Origin: an uncultured Ruminococcus sp.
GTDB lineage: Bacteria; Bacillota; Clostridia; Lachnospirales; Lachnospiraceae
Assembly (NCBI GenBank): GCA_900066355.1
Contig: FMEL01000017.1
Coordinates: 11,935-75,934, forward strand
Length of the DNA stretch: 64,000 bases
Reading direction: 5' to 3'
The first letter of the stretch is position 1. Each line of letters opens with the position of its first letter. Below, in pieces: positions 1 to 9,379 of this stretch. The notes under the pieces were generated by a model, which worked only from the letters and a program-made list of their open reading frames with translations, did no database searches and had not been told where the DNA came from. Made by a program: the position numbers and the translations under genes.

Positions 1-215
1 AAGCGGGAGTAGTGCTGCATACACCTATCTCTGCATTTGGCGGAGAAAAGGACGGTGAAGCGGATGAGAGTGCAATCTGTGAATGGGGAAAGTATACGGA
101 TAATGATTTTGACTACCGAATATTTCCGGGAGGGCATTTTTATCTGCGGGATTACGAAGACGAAGTAATAAGTGAGGTTGAGAGACCGCTTCAGGGAATG
201 AAAAATGGAGGTTAA
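1..215 (+). CDS. Type II (editing) thioesterase, C-terminal fragment; 5' end lies outside the window
   Basis: The frame is open to the window edge. ...PISAFGGEKDGEADES..W..YTDNDFDYRIFPGGHFYL resembles the C-terminal catalytic-His (GGHF) end of PchC/YbtT/GrsT-type TEII. It overlaps the next NRPS accessory gene by 11 nt. Confidence 0.6.
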   Translation, partial: AGVVLHTPISAFGGEKDGEADESAICEWGKYTDNDFDYRIFPGGHFYLRDYEDEVISEVERPLQGMKNGG

Positions 216-903
216 ACGATGCGGGGAGAAGGAATTTCTGTCAGCAGACAAACTTCGTATCCGTGAAAATGAGATACATATATGGTGCATCTGTTGGCCG
301 GAAATGACAGATTTCTGGAAGAATCATGAATATATCCTGAGTGAGCAGGAGTCGGAGCAAGCCGGAAAGTTCCGCTTTCCTGAAGACAGGATGCGTTATA
401 TTGCCGGGAAACTTATCGTGCGAATTCTCTTGAAAAGATACTTAGATGTGGAAACAGTTGATTTTTCTGTCAATGAACTGGGTAAGCCTTATCATAAAGA
501 AATCGCAGGAAAGCAGACAGTCAATTTTAATATTTCGCATTCGGGGGAATTCATACTGGAGGGATTCGCTGTCGGAATGGATATCGGAGTGGATGTGCAG
601 GAAATGGCAGGATGCCCGGATTACAGGGAGATAGCCGGGAATTTCTATACGGCAGAAGAAGCGGAAGATGTAATAAATGAGGGACCGGAACTGTTTTTCC
701 AGTATTGGGCGGCGAAAGAAGCGTATGTAAAAGCGATCGGTATTGGATTGGGAAGAGGAATGGATTTCTTCTCTGTCAGAAACGGGGAAATTACAGAAAA
801 AGGCAGGAAAGGCCAGGGATGGCATTTGTATCCAGTAAAGATTGAGGGATATGCTGCGTATGTGGCGGCGCATAAGAAAGGAGACAAATCAAATGAGTTA
901 TAA
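205..903 (+). CDS. Sfp-type 4'-phosphopantetheinyl transferase
   Basis: 232-aa ORF with PPTase motifs GMDIGVDVQEM and WAAKEAYVKAIG (W-x-x-KE-A-x-x-K). It sits inside the NRPS operon. Confidence 0.8.
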   Translation: MEVKRCGEKEFLSADKLRIRENEIHIWCICWPEMTDFWKNHEYILSEQESEQAGKFRFPEDRMRYIAGKLIVRILLKRYLDVETVDFSVNELGKPYHKEIAGKQTVNFNISHSGEFILEGFAVGMDIGVDVQEMAGCPDYREIAGNFYTAEEAEDVINEGPELFFQYWAAKEAYVKAIGIGLGRGMDFFSVRNGEITEKGRKGQGWHLYPVKIEGYAAYVAAHKKGDKSNEL

Positions 904-2482
904 GAAGGATATGAGCAAATACGAGCATCTGGAAGGATGGGAACGATGCGGCTTTGGAGAGCAGCTTGATAAGTGGGCGGAAAAATATGGAGAAAGAACT
1001 GCGGTCACGGACAGCGAAGACGAGATCAGTTATATGGAATTAAAGCAAAAAGCAGATTGTCTTGCGGCAGCTTTTCTGCGTAAAGGGATTTTAAAGGGAG
1101 ACAAAGTGCTTGTGCAGCTTCCGAATAGGATTTCTTTTGTGATCGTGTTTTTTGCGCTTTCCAAGATTGGGGCGGTGCCAATCATGATGCTGCCGGCCCA
1201 CAGGGAGGCGGAACTGGAAGGAATTATTGAACTGGCAAAGCCGGCCGCTTATATTGTGGTGGAGAAATATCTGGGATTTTCATATGTGCCGATGGCAAAT
1301 GCGATGAAAGAGAAATATTCATGTATCCGGCATATATTTGTAGATAGCGAATCCGGGGATATCAGTGGAATGATTGCGGAAACGTGTGGAGAAAATGGAG
1401 CATTTCCGGCTGTGGATGGGTATGAAACGGCGGTGCTTTTGCTGTCCGGCGGGACGACAGGGGTTCCGAAACTAATTCCGCGCACCCATACGGATTATAT
1501 GTATAATGCCCGCATGTCCGCGAAGAGATGCCGCTTGGATAGCAGTGACGTTTATCTGGCGTCTCTTCCGGTAGCTCATAATTTCCCATTATGCTGCCCG
1601 GGGCTTTTAGGCACGCTGGACGTGGGAGGAAAAGTTGTGCTTGCGTCTGCGACCAGCCCAGATGATATCCTTGACGCAATTACAGAGGAAGGTGTCACGA
1701 TAACGGCATTGGTTCCTGCTATGGTTACTGTGTGCATGGAAATGCTGGAATGGGATGAAGATTATGATATATCCAGCCTGCGGATTTTGCAGGTGGGCGG
1801 CGCAATGCTGGAAGATTCCCTTGCGGATAAGATCATTGAAGAATGGCCGTGTAAACTGATGCAGGTATTTGGTACGGCGGAGGGGCTACTGTCCTTTACT
1901 AGCCCGGAGGATGAAGGTTCCCTGATCGCAAGATGTCAGGGAACTCCGGTGTCTCCTGCGGATGAAGTGAAGATTGTGGATGAAGAAGATAAGGCCGTAC
2001 CGGAAGGAGTTTTTGGGGAATTATTATCCAGAGGCCCGTATACGATTGATGGTTATTATATGGCGGAGGAAGCAAATAAAAAGAGCTTTACGCCGGACGG
2101 GTTTTACCGGACGGGCGATAAAGCTATGTGGACGAAAGACAGAAGGTTACGTTTGGGCGGGAGAATCAAAGAGCAGATTAACCGCGCCGGAGAAAAGATC
2201 ATGCCTTCAGAGATTGAAGCTTACCTTTGCAGGCATTCGAAAATCAAAGAGGCAGCCGTTGTCGGCGTTCCGGATGAAACCCTTGGAAACCGGATATGTG
2301 CATTCCTTGTGACCGATGATGAAGCCGGGATCGATTTGCAGGAAATCCACAGGTTCCTGCGGGAAATAGGCGTTGCGGCGTATAAAATGCCGGATCAGAT
2401 AGAACGGGTAGAGACATGGCCGCTGACCAGCGTAGGAAAAATAGATAAGAAAGCATTAGAACGGATGGCGCAGGAAAAATAG
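893..2482 (+). CDS. Aryl acid (salicylate-type) AMP ligase, PchD/YbtE/DhbE family
   Basis: Track ORF is 842-2482. I moved the start to ATG 893, which follows AAGGAG at 878-883. Motifs: LLLSGGTTGVPKLIPRTH, YRTGD, GRIKEQINRAGEKI, SVGKIDKK. The pocket HNFPLCC contrasts with HNYPLSS recalled for DhbE. Confidence 0.85.
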   Translation: MSYKKDMSKYEHLEGWERCGFGEQLDKWAEKYGERTAVTDSEDEISYMELKQKADCLAAAFLRKGILKGDKVLVQLPNRISFVIVFFALSKIGAVPIMMLPAHREAELEGIIELAKPAAYIVVEKYLGFSYVPMANAMKEKYSCIRHIFVDSESGDISGMIAETCGENGAFPAVDGYETAVLLLSGGTTGVPKLIPRTHTDYMYNARMSAKRCRLDSSDVYLASLPVAHNFPLCCPGLLGTLDVGGKVVLASATSPDDILDAITEEGVTITALVPAMVTVCMEMLEWDEDYDISSLRILQVGGAMLEDSLADKIIEEWPCKLMQVFGTAEGLLSFTSPEDEGSLIARCQGTPVSPADEVKIVDEEDKAVPEGVFGELLSRGPYTIDGYYMAEEANKKSFTPDGFYRTGDKAMWTKDRRLRLGGRIKEQINRAGEKIMPSEIEAYLCRHSKIKEAAVVGVPDETLGNRICAFLVTDDEAGIDLQEIHRFLREIGVAAYKMPDQIERVETWPLTSVGKIDKKALERMAQEK

Positions 2483-2496
2483 AAGGAGACAGAATC

Positions 2497-5400
2497 ATGG
2501 AATATATAGAGATAAAGGAACAGATCAAACAAAAGCTGCCGGTAGCCAGAGATTTGGGGGATTCCGAAAATCTGCTGGAGCTTGGGCTTTCATCCCTGAC
2601 GATCATGCGTCTGGTAAACCAGTGGAGAAAACAGGGGGTTAAGGTTTCATTCGGTTCATTGATGGAAAATCCTACCCTTGAAGGCTGGTGGGCGCTGATC
2701 CAGCGCAGCATGAAGAAAAAAGCGGGCAAAAAACGGGCGCAAAAATCTAAGATAACGCCGGAAAAGGATATGAAACAGCCGTTTCCTTTAACAGACGTAC
2801 AGTATGCATATTGGGTTGGCAGGGATGAAGAACAGGCTCTTGGAGGAATAGACTGTCATGCGTATTTAGAGTTTGATGGGGGAAATATAGATCCGGAGCG
2901 TCTGGAAAAAGCATGGAATGTGCTGCAGTATCATCATCCCATGCTGCGTGCCTGCTTTTTGGAAGATGGGACACAGAAAATCCTGGATAAGCCGTATTGT
3001 GAAAAAATAAAGGTTCATGATTTTTCACGGATGTCATCTGAGGAAGCAGAGGCAATGGCAGTATCTGTCAGAGAACGTTTATCCCATCGGAAGCTAAAGA
3101 TCGAGGAAGGCGAAGTGGCAGGAATAGAGCTTACGCTTTTTCCTGAAAATAGGGCACGCATGCACGTGGATATGGCACTTTTGGTTGCCGATGTACAGAG
3201 TTTGCAGATCTTATTGAGGGATTTGGCGGCTGCCTATCGCGGAGAAAGCCTTCCGGCAGAATCAAAAGGGTGGAATTTTGCTTCTTATCTGGAACGGCAG
3301 AAAGAGGAAGATAAGGAAGAGAGAAACAATGCAGAAGGATACTGGAAAAAACGCTTGGAGCATTTGCCGAAAGGGCCAGGCCTGCCACTGGCAAAACGGC
3401 CGCAGGAAGTGACAAAGACTGTATTCAACCGCAGGATTGTAAGGATTGGCAAGGAAGAGTGGGCTCATCTGCAAGTACGGGCAAAGGAATACCAGACAAC
3501 TCCGGCAATGGTTCTTCTTACTGCATATGCAACGGTTTTGGAACGGTGGAGCAGGAATCATCGTTTCCTTATTAATATTCCATTTTTTAACCGGAAAACA
3601 GAGCAGCAGGGATTGGAAGACGTGATAGCAGATTTCACTACACTGTTATTGCTGGAGATTGACTGCGAAGGGAATCCGACGTTTGCAGAATTGCTAGACA
3701 GGATTCAGAAGCAGCTCCATGAGGATATGAAGTATACGGCATATTCCGGCGTGCAAGTCCAGAGAGACCTTGCACAGATGTATGGAGACGCATCGGCAGT
3801 GGCGCCGGTTGTTTTTGCCTGCAATCTGGGAACGCCGTTGGTAAATGATACGTTCCGGAAAGAACTGGGGCAGTTTTCCTATATGATTTCCCAAACGCCG
3901 CAGGTGTGGAATGACTTCCAGAGTTATGAAGATGAAAATGGCGTACAGCTTACATGGGACAGCGTGGATAAGTTATTCCCGGAGAATATGATCCCGGATA
4001 TGCTGGAGTGTTTTGAGAATCTTCTGCATGAATTGGGAAAGAAGGACTGGAATCAGCGATTTGATGTGCTTCCTGAAAAAAGAAAAAGAGAAATTGAAGA
4101 TACAGCGCGTACAAGAGTGCCGGAGCGTGTGGAATGCCTGCATTGGGCTGTTATGAACCATGCGGAAGTTTGCCCGGAAGATATTGCGCTTATTGATGCG
4201 GGAAGCGGAAGATCGGTTTCCTATGGGGAATTAAAAGCACGGGCGACAGCAGTGGCGGCAGGGATTTCAGAAAAGGATATTAAGGGAGTCCCGGTTGCAC
4301 TTACCCTGCCGCGCGGGATAGAACAGATCGAGACGGCATTAGGAATTTTGCTTTCCGGAAATTCATACCTTCCGGTCAGCTTAAGCCAGCCTAAAGATCG
4401 GAGAGCGTTAATCCATGAGAAGACGGGAGTCCGCTATGTGGTCACGAATCGGGAATTATCCGAAAAACTGGACTGGCCGGAAGGTACGGAAATCCTTGTG
4501 ATGGAAGGTATGGAAGAGGGACAGGAAAATGTGAGACTGCCAGAGGTGTCGCCGAAGGACAGCGCCTATATCATCATGACGTCAGGCTCTACAGGTGTTC
4601 CGAAGGGTGTAGAGATTGCGCATGAAAGCGCATGGAATACGGTTCAGGATATTAATGAAAAGTACCATGTGACAAGTGCAGATCGGGCGCTGGCTGTATC
4701 AGCTATGGATTTTGACCTGTCGGTATATGATGTTTTTGGAATTCTAGGCGCAGGAGGAACATTGGTATTGCTTCCAGAGCAGGAGAGAAGGAATGCGGAT
4801 TACTGGCTGGAACAAGTGTTGAAATATCAGATTACCGTTTGGAATTCAGTGCCGGTGCTTCTGGATATGCTTTTGATACGGGCGGAATCCATGAAACAGA
4901 AACTGCCGATCAGGGCGGTTATGCTTTCCGGAGATTGGATTGGGATGGATCTCCCGCAGAGGGTTGCGGCATGGACAGAGGATTGCCAGTTTGTCGCTAT
5001 GGGAGGAGCTACAGAGGCAAGTATCTGGTCCAATTATCAGAATGTTACCCTGCCGATGCCGAAAAACTGGAAATCTATTCCTTATGGAAAGCCACTCAGA
5101 TATCAGGCATATCGTGTTGTGGATGAGTATGGAAGGGATTGCCCTTACTGGGCAGAAGGCGAACTCTGGATTGGCGGTTTTGGTGTAGCAAAAGGATATA
5201 GGGGAGATTCTGCGCTTACGGGGCAGAAATTTATCACAGATCAGTATGGAAGATGGTATCGGACCGGTGATCTCGGAAGAATCTGGGATGATGAGACAAT
5301 TGAATTTTTGGGAAGAAAAGACCATCAGGTAAAGATCCGTGGACACAGGATTGAATTGGGAGAAATTGAACATGCTATTCAGGAGTTTCCGGGTGTGGCT

Positions 5401-7038
5401 CATGCAGTTGTTGATACAGTTAGTGATGGTCATGGCAATAAAACGCTGGCTGCTTATATCGGAGCGCCGCTGCAGGAAGATTCTAAAGTTACAACGTATT
5501 TGTACGGCACAGATATCTTTGGCGGGGGCTGGAAAGAACTGAAGGATGATGTCAGCAATTGGCAGATGCAGCAGGAACGGAAGACAGCATACAAAAATTT
5601 CCTTGCCTATGCAGACCAGAGATGTGTACAGCTTATGCTGGAGACACTCATAGAGTTAGGCGTTTTTGTATCAGAGAAGGAAGTTCTTTCGCAGAAGGAA
5701 ATTTTTGAAAAAGGGAGCATTACGGAAACACAGAAGAATACTGTGGCAAGATGGTTGGAAATTTTAAAGAAGGAAGGAATCCTGAGAGAAGAGGACGGCA
5801 GACTATCGCGTACCGGGAAGGAAGTAGCTGTACCGGAAAAAGCTGGAGATGCGGAAACGTATTTTAAGAAACTGAAGCCGTATCTGAAGCATATGGTTAC
5901 TGGGAATGAAGTTCCGCTGGATGTATTTTATCAGAAAGATTCGGCGCTGGCTCCGAATATGTTGCTTCGGAGGATTCCGGGTTACGAGGAGACCGTGGAA
6001 AGACTGGTGCAGGAATTAAAACTTCTGATAGAAGGGCGCAGGAAAGAACCACTCCAGATTATAGAGATTGGGACAAGGGATGCTGCAATTACAAGACAGA
6101 TTTTAAATGTGCTGGAAGATGTAAGTGTGGCGTATACATATGTGGATTCTTCAAAATATTTTCTGCAGGAAGCGGAGAAAGAGCTTGCGGGATATGAAAG
6201 AGTCGAGTTTGAAATGCTGAATCTGGAAGAAAGCATGGACAAGCAGCAGATGGCTCTGCATAGTTATGACGTCGTGATATCGGTAAATGCTTTGCATAGA
6301 AATATTGACGCTGTGGATGCGGTAAAGAAAGTAGCGGAATTACTGAAGCCAAATGGGATATTGTTAATGACAGATCTTGTGGTAAGGACATATCTTCAGG
6401 AGCTTACAGCAACTTTTTTGGAAAATGGTTTCGCAGATATTCGGGACAAGAGAAAAGAAGCGGGGATGGTTACCCCAGATTGTCTGCTGTGGAGAGAATG
6501 CTTATCAGAGGCAGGATTAGGCCAGGACATTGTTGTAACAGAAGAATATGGGAGATGTATATGCTGCAGTAGGCAGCAGGCATCTGTCTTGTCCTATTAT
6601 GATGGAGCACTTAGGGAATATCTGTCGGAAAAGCTGCCGGAGTATATGGTTCCCCAAAACTATCATTTTATGGCACAGCTTCCAACATTGTCCAATGGAA
6701 AGATTAACCGGAAAAAATTACGGGAAGATTTTAAAGAAGAAACTTCGGTTATCAGATTTTCAAAAGCAGTAACGGAGACAGAAGAAAAACTTTTGGATAT
6801 TTGGAAACGAATGTTTGGTTATGAAAATTTAGGGACTGAAGATAATTATTTTGTTTTAGGTGGTGATTCATTAATAGCAACCAAATTGATTTCAGATATT
6901 CAGAAAGAATTTGGCTGTAAAATTATGATTAGTGATATTTTTGAAAATGTTACGATAAAATTATTGGCTCAAAAGATAGATTTAGTAAGACAAAATGTCA
7001 TTATGGAAGATATCGAGATGGAGTGTGGAGAAATTTAA
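2497..7038 (+). CDS. NRPS 1: ArCP - Cy - A(Cys-type, with about 370-aa methyltransferase-fold insert) - PCP (PchE/HMWP2-like)
   Basis: 1513 aa. Carrier motif LGLSSLT. Cy domain: FPLTDVQYAYWVGR and LLVADVQS. A domain: YIIMTSGSTGVPKGV, FDLSVYD, WNSVP, GGATEASIWS, YRTGD, GRKDHQVKIRGHRIELGEIE. An insert with IIEIGTRDAAIT and LLKPNGILLMTDL sits before A10 (NGKINRKKL). Terminal PCP: LGGDSLIATK. Confidence 0.9.
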   Translation: MEYIEIKEQIKQKLPVARDLGDSENLLELGLSSLTIMRLVNQWRKQGVKVSFGSLMENPTLEGWWALIQRSMKKKAGKKRAQKSKITPEKDMKQPFPLTDVQYAYWVGRDEEQALGGIDCHAYLEFDGGNIDPERLEKAWNVLQYHHPMLRACFLEDGTQKILDKPYCEKIKVHDFSRMSSEEAEAMAVSVRERLSHRKLKIEEGEVAGIELTLFPENRARMHVDMALLVADVQSLQILLRDLAAAYRGESLPAESKGWNFASYLERQKEEDKEERNNAEGYWKKRLEHLPKGPGLPLAKRPQEVTKTVFNRRIVRIGKEEWAHLQVRAKEYQTTPAMVLLTAYATVLERWSRNHRFLINIPFFNRKTEQQGLEDVIADFTTLLLLEIDCEGNPTFAELLDRIQKQLHEDMKYTAYSGVQVQRDLAQMYGDASAVAPVVFACNLGTPLVNDTFRKELGQFSYMISQTPQVWNDFQSYEDENGVQLTWDSVDKLFPENMIPDMLECFENLLHELGKKDWNQRFDVLPEKRKREIEDTARTRVPERVECLHWAVMNHAEVCPEDIALIDAGSGRSVSYGELKARATAVAAGISEKDIKGVPVALTLPRGIEQIETALGILLSGNSYLPVSLSQPKDRRALIHEKTGVRYVVTNRELSEKLDWPEGTEILVMEGMEEGQENVRLPEVSPKDSAYIIMTSGSTGVPKGVEIAHESAWNTVQDINEKYHVTSADRALAVSAMDFDLSVYDVFGILGAGGTLVLLPEQERRNADYWLEQVLKYQITVWNSVPVLLDMLLIRAESMKQKLPIRAVMLSGDWIGMDLPQRVAAWTEDCQFVAMGGATEASIWSNYQNVTLPMPKNWKSIPYGKPLRYQAYRVVDEYGRDCPYWAEGELWIGGFGVAKGYRGDSALTGQKFITDQYGRWYRTGDLGRIWDDETIEFLGRKDHQVKIRGHRIELGEIEHAIQEFPGVAHAVVDTVSDGHGNKTLAAYIGAPLQEDSKVTTYLYGTDIFGGGWKELKDDVSNWQMQQERKTAYKNFLAYADQRCVQLMLETLIELGVFVSEKEVLSQKEIFEKGSITETQKNTVARWLEILKKEGILREEDGRLSRTGKEVAVPEKAGDAETYFKKLKPYLKHMVTGNEVPLDVFYQKDSALAPNMLLRRIPGYEETVERLVQELKLLIEGRRKEPLQIIEIGTRDAAITRQILNVLEDVSVAYTYVDSSKYFLQEAEKELAGYERVEFEMLNLEESMDKQQMALHSYDVVISVNALHRNIDAVDAVKKVAELLKPNGILLMTDLVVRTYLQELTATFLENGFADIRDKRKEAGMVTPDCLLWRECLSEAGLGQDIVVTEEYGRCICCSRQQASVLSYYDGALREYLSEKLPEYMVPQNYHFMAQLPTLSNGKINRKKLREDFKEETSVIRFSKAVTETEEKLLDIWKRMFGYENLGTEDNYFVLGGDSLIATKLISDIQKEFGCKIMISDIFENVTIKLLAQKIDLVRQNVIMEDIEMECGEI

Positions 7039-7162
7039 CATTGTCAAATCTGTTTTTTAGTATATTTCATAATGAAAAATAGCTCGCATTTTTAGGGGCA
7101 AATTACGAGTATTAGATATTGAGGAGTGTAACTTGTCCCTATTTTATTGAGAAGGTGAGAAA

Positions 7163-9373
7163 ATGAGAAAATTAAAGTCACTTGTATGTGGTAGTAAGTT
7201 TGGACAATTTTATATAGATGCTATTAGTAAGATGAAAGAGTGCGTGGAATTCATAGGCATTTTTTCTAATGGAAGTGAACGATCAAGGCTATGTGCTGAA
7301 AAATATAATGTTAATTTATATACATCGATAGATAAAATCCCAGAGGATATAGACATTGTATTTATTGCTGTCAGAACGGGTGTAATGGGAGGTGATGGAA
7401 GTGAACTGGCATTAAAATTTTTGTCTAAAGGTATTCATGTATTCATTGAACAGCCTATTCATATAGACGAGATGAAAAAATGTGTAAAATGTTCAATTGA
7501 GAAGGGGGTATTTTTTCATGTAGCAAATTTTTATAAGTACATGGACACTGTTCATAAATACATTGAGTGCTCTAAAGGGCTGTTGAGGAAAAATGAAATA
7601 TTGTCAATAGAATGTGCTTGTGCTAATCAAGTTATATATAGTCTACTGGACAATATTTTGAGAATTTTCAGGGAAAAGGCAAGATTTTCGATTGAAAATT
7701 TTTGGATACAAAATCAAGATTTTTTTATTGCTTCAGGTAGTATTAACGATATACCGTTGAGTATTAAAGTATATAATTCTGTAAATACAGTCGATTCTGA
7801 TAGTTATTGCTATTATTTACAACAGATAAATATTTATACATCGGAAGGAATGCTTTTCATGGTTGATGTTAATGGACCGATTATTTGGAAACCGCAATTT
7901 CGAGCTGCTCATGACTTATTTATCAAGAAGGGGGATGAATTAGATCAGAAGATATTTGACAGTAAAATGTACTGGTATGAGTCAGAAAGTGAGTTGAGCT
8001 ATAAAGATATTTTTTGCAAAAAATGGATAGATGCTATAAAAAAAGAAATTAAAGAATTTATAGATAATATTTATTTTGAAAAAATGACGGAATATCGTCG
8101 GAAAATTCAAAGTGAAATTGTAATTCCCAGTATATGGGGGCTTATAACTCAAAAGATTGGCTACCCAAGATTGTATCAAAATGCAAATCATGCAGTTGAT
8201 TTAAATAACTATGTTTTAGATTTTTTTGAAGAAAAAAACACCTTTTTAAATGATTCACTAGAAATCAAAAAAACTGCAAACAATATTGACTTTTATTTGG
8301 AACCAGATATTACATATGGTTATGTTGAAGAAGCAAAACATATAATGAATATCGCATGTTTGGAGTCTATTTCATACAAACTGTACGAGGCGACTGGGGA
8401 GAAGGAGAATATATCAATAACAGAAATTGTAAGTTGCTTAAAGGTGGCAGATTCAAATATGCATATTTTACAAAGGTGGCTTAATGCTTTAAGTGAAAAT
8501 GGATATATAGAATGTAATGCTGGGAAAATTAAATGGAAAAAGAAAAATACAAGTATATGTGAGAAAGACAATTGGAAAATTGTGTCTGATAAGTGGGTTG
8601 GAAAATTATCAGGAGAACATGTCATTAATTATTATTTAAAACATATTGAAAAAATGGAAGCTTTGTTATCAGGAGAAATGAATGCTGCGTTATTATTGTT
8701 TCCGGAAGGAACAATAGAGTTAGCTAATTGTTTCTATAGAGAAAATTTAATGGAAAAATATCTTGCATATTGTATAGAAAAGATTCTTTCATTCGCTATA
8801 GAACATACTAAAAAAGATAAAATTAGGATATTAGAATTGGGAGCAGGAACAGGAGCAACAACAGACAGAATATTAAAGGTTCTTGAAAATTCAACTAAAA
8901 AAATAGCATATATTTATTCTGATATTACAAAATATTTTCTCAATTTTGCTGCTCAAAAGTACCAGGGAAAAGAAGAATTAGAGTATAAGGTGATAAATAT
9001 TGATTCTAACTTAAGTGACCAGGGAATTGCTGAAGAGAGTGTGGACATTGTCATAGCTGCTGGAATGATGAATAATGCTGTCAATACGGATTATTCTATG
9101 AGACAAATCATATGCAGCTTAGTACATGGCGGTATTGCTCTTATTGCTGAGCCAGTGGGAGAGAATTATGAGTTAATGTTATCACAATCATTTATGATGA
9201 GCCGGCCAACAGATGCAAGGGAAGTATGTAATGAAACTTTTTTGAAAATGGAGGAATGGAAAGAAGTTTTTTGGGGTTGCGGAATAAGTGAAAGAGAGTT
9301 AGTGGTAGTGCCAAGTGATACTAGTCCATTAGCACCATTAAATCAAAAGTTATTTATTATAAGGAAGGAATAA
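7163..9373 (+). CDS. Fusion protein: Irp3/PchG-like thiazolinyl imine reductase (N-terminal) + class I SAM methyltransferase (C-terminal)
   Basis: 736 aa. The N-terminus (LVCGSKFGQFYIDAI..GSERSRLCAEKYNVNLYTS..DIVFIAVRTGVMGGDGSELALKFLSKGIHVFIEQPIH) resembles Irp3(YbtU)/PchG as I recall them. The C-terminus has RILELGAGTGATTDRIL, DIVIAAGMMNN and GGIALIAEP, and is colinear with the MT-fold insert of NRPS 1. Confidence 0.7.
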   Translation: MRKLKSLVCGSKFGQFYIDAISKMKECVEFIGIFSNGSERSRLCAEKYNVNLYTSIDKIPEDIDIVFIAVRTGVMGGDGSELALKFLSKGIHVFIEQPIHIDEMKKCVKCSIEKGVFFHVANFYKYMDTVHKYIECSKGLLRKNEILSIECACANQVIYSLLDNILRIFREKARFSIENFWIQNQDFFIASGSINDIPLSIKVYNSVNTVDSDSYCYYLQQINIYTSEGMLFMVDVNGPIIWKPQFRAAHDLFIKKGDELDQKIFDSKMYWYESESELSYKDIFCKKWIDAIKKEIKEFIDNIYFEKMTEYRRKIQSEIVIPSIWGLITQKIGYPRLYQNANHAVDLNNYVLDFFEEKNTFLNDSLEIKKTANNIDFYLEPDITYGYVEEAKHIMNIACLESISYKLYEATGEKENISITEIVSCLKVADSNMHILQRWLNALSENGYIECNAGKIKWKKKNTSICEKDNWKIVSDKWVGKLSGEHVINYYLKHIEKMEALLSGEMNAALLLFPEGTIELANCFYRENLMEKYLAYCIEKILSFAIEHTKKDKIRILELGAGTGATTDRILKVLENSTKKIAYIYSDITKYFLNFAAQKYQGKEELEYKVINIDSNLSDQGIAEESVDIVIAAGMMNNAVNTDYSMRQIICSLVHGGIALIAEPVGENYELMLSQSFMMSRPTDAREVCNETFLKMEEWKEVFWGCGISERELVVVPSDTSPLAPLNQKLFIIRKE

Positions 9374-9379
9374 TACGCT

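Noticed and set aside
4846-5433. 195-aa ORF on the minus strand, plus several 60-110-aa ORFs inside the NRPS genes
   Set aside because: All lie within or antisense to the NRPS ORFs, which carry continuous domain motifs.
7065-7077. Palindrome TTTCAT-A-ATGAAA upstream of the reductase-MT gene, considered as a Fur/Zur/PerR box
   Set aside because: The half-sites do not resemble the TGATAAT / TCGTAAT / TTATAAT 7-1-7 family. It is short and AT-rich, so it could be chance. I recognised no clear metal-regulator box anywhere in the cluster.
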